The notes under the pieces: model-generated
What the model was told of the DNA's origin: nothing
The model's input: only the letters and a program-made list of their open reading frames with translations
The model's database searches: none
Shown here: positions 19,063 to 20,502 of the stretch, in pieces
Position numbering within the stretch: position 1 is the stretch's first letter
Layout: the number at the start of each line of letters is the position of its first letter
Assembly (NCBI GenBank): GCA_965662175.1
Contig: CBFIGT010000033.1
Span: 1-20,502, forward strand
Direction of reading: 5' to 3'
Source of the DNA: Arcobacter sp.
GTDB taxonomy: Bacteria > Campylobacterota > Campylobacteria > Campylobacterales > Arcobacteraceae
Length of the DNA: 20,502 bases
Made by a program: the position numbers and the translations under genes

Positions 19063-19310
19063 ATCAAATGAATCTTTCTATAGTCATGACATCATAGGCA
19101 AGAGATTTAGGGAGATTATAAAACAAAGCGGTGTGAAAGAGAGACCATTGTATAATTTAAGACATACTTTTGCTTCACAGATGATAAGCCGAGAGCGGTT
19201 GCGAAGCAAAGTTTCCTTGAAAATTTATCAAAGAAGATGATGAAGTAAGAATAAAAAATATTAAAAAATGGGCAGGATTATTGACACTTTCTCTGAATGA
19301 GAAGTGCTAA
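19046..19310 (+). pseudogene. Tyrosine recombinase/phage integrase C-terminal remnant (copy B)
   Basis: RPLYNLRHTFASQMIS is a box II-like LRHT motif; the expected LGH...Y segment is missing and replaced by the short repeat; a plausible tail KFIKEDDEVRIKNIKK resumes in another frame at 19221. No N-terminal part. Confidence 0.8.
19187..19223. repeat. Short hairpin-containing dispersed element, copy 2
   Basis: AGCCGAGAGCGGTTGCGAAGCAAAGTTTCCTTGAAAA, containing TTGC-GAA-GCAA. Confidence 0.7.
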
Positions 19311-19335
19311 AGCCCTAAAAATAAGGGTTTATAAG

Positions 19336-19707
19336 GTGCAGATACGAGTTTATTATGAAGATACAGATTGTGGTGGAGTTGTTTATCACTCCAATTATTT
19401 AAATTTTTGTGAAAGAGCTAGAAGTGAACTTTTTTTTCAAAAGGGTTTATCTCCTCATAATCAAAATGAATTTTTTGTTGTAAAATCACTAGAGGCTAAT
19501 TATATATCTCCTGCTTTATTTGGAGATATTTTAGAAGTTGAAACTAAACTTGTTTCAAAGAAATCAGCCTCTTTAGTTTTATTTCAAGAGATAAAAAAAG
19601 ATGATAAAACTATTTTTACATTAAATGTGAAAGTTGCTTATTTAAAAGATACTAAACCATCTAAAATTCCAAATAAATTGTTTGAGGTATTCCAAAATGA
19701 AAATTAA
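19336..19707 (+). CDS. ybgC: YbgC/FadM family acyl-CoA thioesterase
   Basis: IRVYYEDTDCGGVVYHSNYLNFCERAR hotdog-fold signature. GTG 19336 preferred as start (AAGGG upstream) over ATG 19297. Confidence 0.92.
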   Translation: MQIRVYYEDTDCGGVVYHSNYLNFCERARSELFFQKGLSPHNQNEFFVVKSLEANYISPALFGDILEVETKLVSKKSASLVLFQEIKKDDKTIFTLNVKVAYLKDTKPSKIPNKLFEVFQNEN

Positions 19708-20185
19708 ATTAATCTCCTTTTTTGTATTGCTATTTTTTATAACAACATTAAATGCCAAAAGTGAATTCTTCTTTTTGCCAAAAGATGCTCAAGTTGCTAA
19801 AGATAAAATAGTTTCCTTAATTGAAAAATCTGAAAAATCAATTGATATTGCTATGTATAATTTCTCATATAAAAAGTTTTTAAAAGAGCTTGAAAAGGCT
19901 TCAAAAAGAGGTGTTAAAGTAAATCTATACTTAGATAAGGAAAAACTAGATAAAAATGATAAAATCCATAAATTTTTGGATAAAAGTGGTATAAAATACA
20001 AAGTTTTACCAAATAAAAATCATATAAAGCTTGCTTTGTTTGATAATAAAACAGCTATTTTTGGAAGCATTAACTATACAAAAGAGTCTTTTGAAGATAA
20101 TTTTGAATTATTATATTTAACTAATAAAGATAGTGATATAAAAGAGTTGGTAGAACTTTTTAAGTCATTGGAAAAAGATTATTAA
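19697..20185 (+). CDS. Exported single-domain PLD-family nuclease (Nuc/NucT-like)
   Basis: Signal peptide (MKIKLISFFVLLFFITTLNA), SIDIAMYNF, HIKLALFD (HxKxxxxD) and GSINYT; ATG 19697 with GAGG SD. Confidence 0.82.
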   Translation: MKIKLISFFVLLFFITTLNAKSEFFFLPKDAQVAKDKIVSLIEKSEKSIDIAMYNFSYKKFLKELEKASKRGVKVNLYLDKEKLDKNDKIHKFLDKSGIKYKVLPNKNHIKLALFDNKTAIFGSINYTKESFEDNFELLYLTNKDSDIKELVELFKSLEKDY

Positions 20186-20257
20186 CTACTTTAAATCTTT
20201 TACTAAAATTCAAGTTCCAAATAGATAAAATATCTAAAATTATATAAAGGAATTTTA

Positions 20258-20502
20258 GTGTTAGAAATTTTTATAATCGCATATTGCTTCTATTTTTTAG
20301 TAAATATTTATACCTCTTTTATGCAAGTTGGATATATTCAAAATGCAAAAAAATTATCACCTGTAATTTTATCAAGTGATAAATATGAAATAGCAGGAAA
20401 TTATAGTGTTGAAAAACAAAGAGTTGCAATCATTACTACATTGTATGATTTTGTTGTCTTTTTTGTTTGGGTTGGATTTGGATTAGAGTTTTTAGACTCT
20501 TT
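20258..20502 (+). CDS. Probable M48 (Ste24-like) membrane metallopeptidase, N-terminal part, runs off the window
   Basis: SD AAGGA, GTG start, open to the end: MLEIFIIAYCFYFLVNIYTSFMQVGYIQNAKKLSPVILSSDKYEIAGNYSVEKQRVAIITTLYDFVVFFVWVGFGL; resembles the Ste24 N-terminus. The HExxH site is not in the window. Confidence 0.65.
   Translation, partial: MLEIFIIAYCFYFLVNIYTSFMQVGYIQNAKKLSPVILSSDKYEIAGNYSVEKQRVAIITTLYDFVVFFVWVGFGLEFLDS

Larger units (their letters stand above)
13800..19335. mobile_element. Decayed integrative defence islet
   Basis: Restriction-like and TA genes plus integrase remnants lying between core genes (porin and ybgC). Left boundary is approximate. Confidence 0.7.

Noticed and set aside
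18926..19223. The two ~40-bp repeats as a CRISPR array
   Set aside because: Only two divergent copies about 220 bp apart and no cas genes in the window.
19789..20001. 70-aa minus-strand ORF
   Set aside because: Antisense shadow of the PLD nuclease.
13850..20185. Functional link between the two PLD-family proteins
   Set aside because: The second is exported and sits in the core ybgC operon outside the islet; shared fold is likely coincidental.

Overview
AT-rich bacterial chromosomal window, most consistent with an Arcobacter-type member of Campylobacterota (inferred from gene content and protein style). Positions 1-13773 look like core genome: an unidentified partial ORF coupled to cobQ-cobS, a small hypothetical gene, a TehA/SLAC1 channel, a Tas-like aldo/keto reductase, a Cache-HAMP-MCP-CZB chemoreceptor, a branched-chain amino acid ABC operon (livJ/K-H-M-G-F, minus strand) and a divergent porin with a strong terminator. 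About 13.8-19.33 kb is a decayed defence islet: a SauUSI-like PLD/SF2-helicase/DUF3427 nuclease, an AbiEi/AbiEii type IV toxin-antitoxin pair, a cryptic third-gene remnant, two degenerate copies of a tyrosine-integrase 3' end flanking the AbiE module, and two copies of a ~40-bp GC(G/A)AAGC hairpin element sitting at gene-disruption points. The islet abuts the 5' end of ybgC, the candidate integration site. Core genes then resume (ybgC, a secreted PLD nuclease, a partial M48 peptidase). No tRNA, rRNA or CRISPR array was seen. All calls come from reading motifs by eye; no searches were run.
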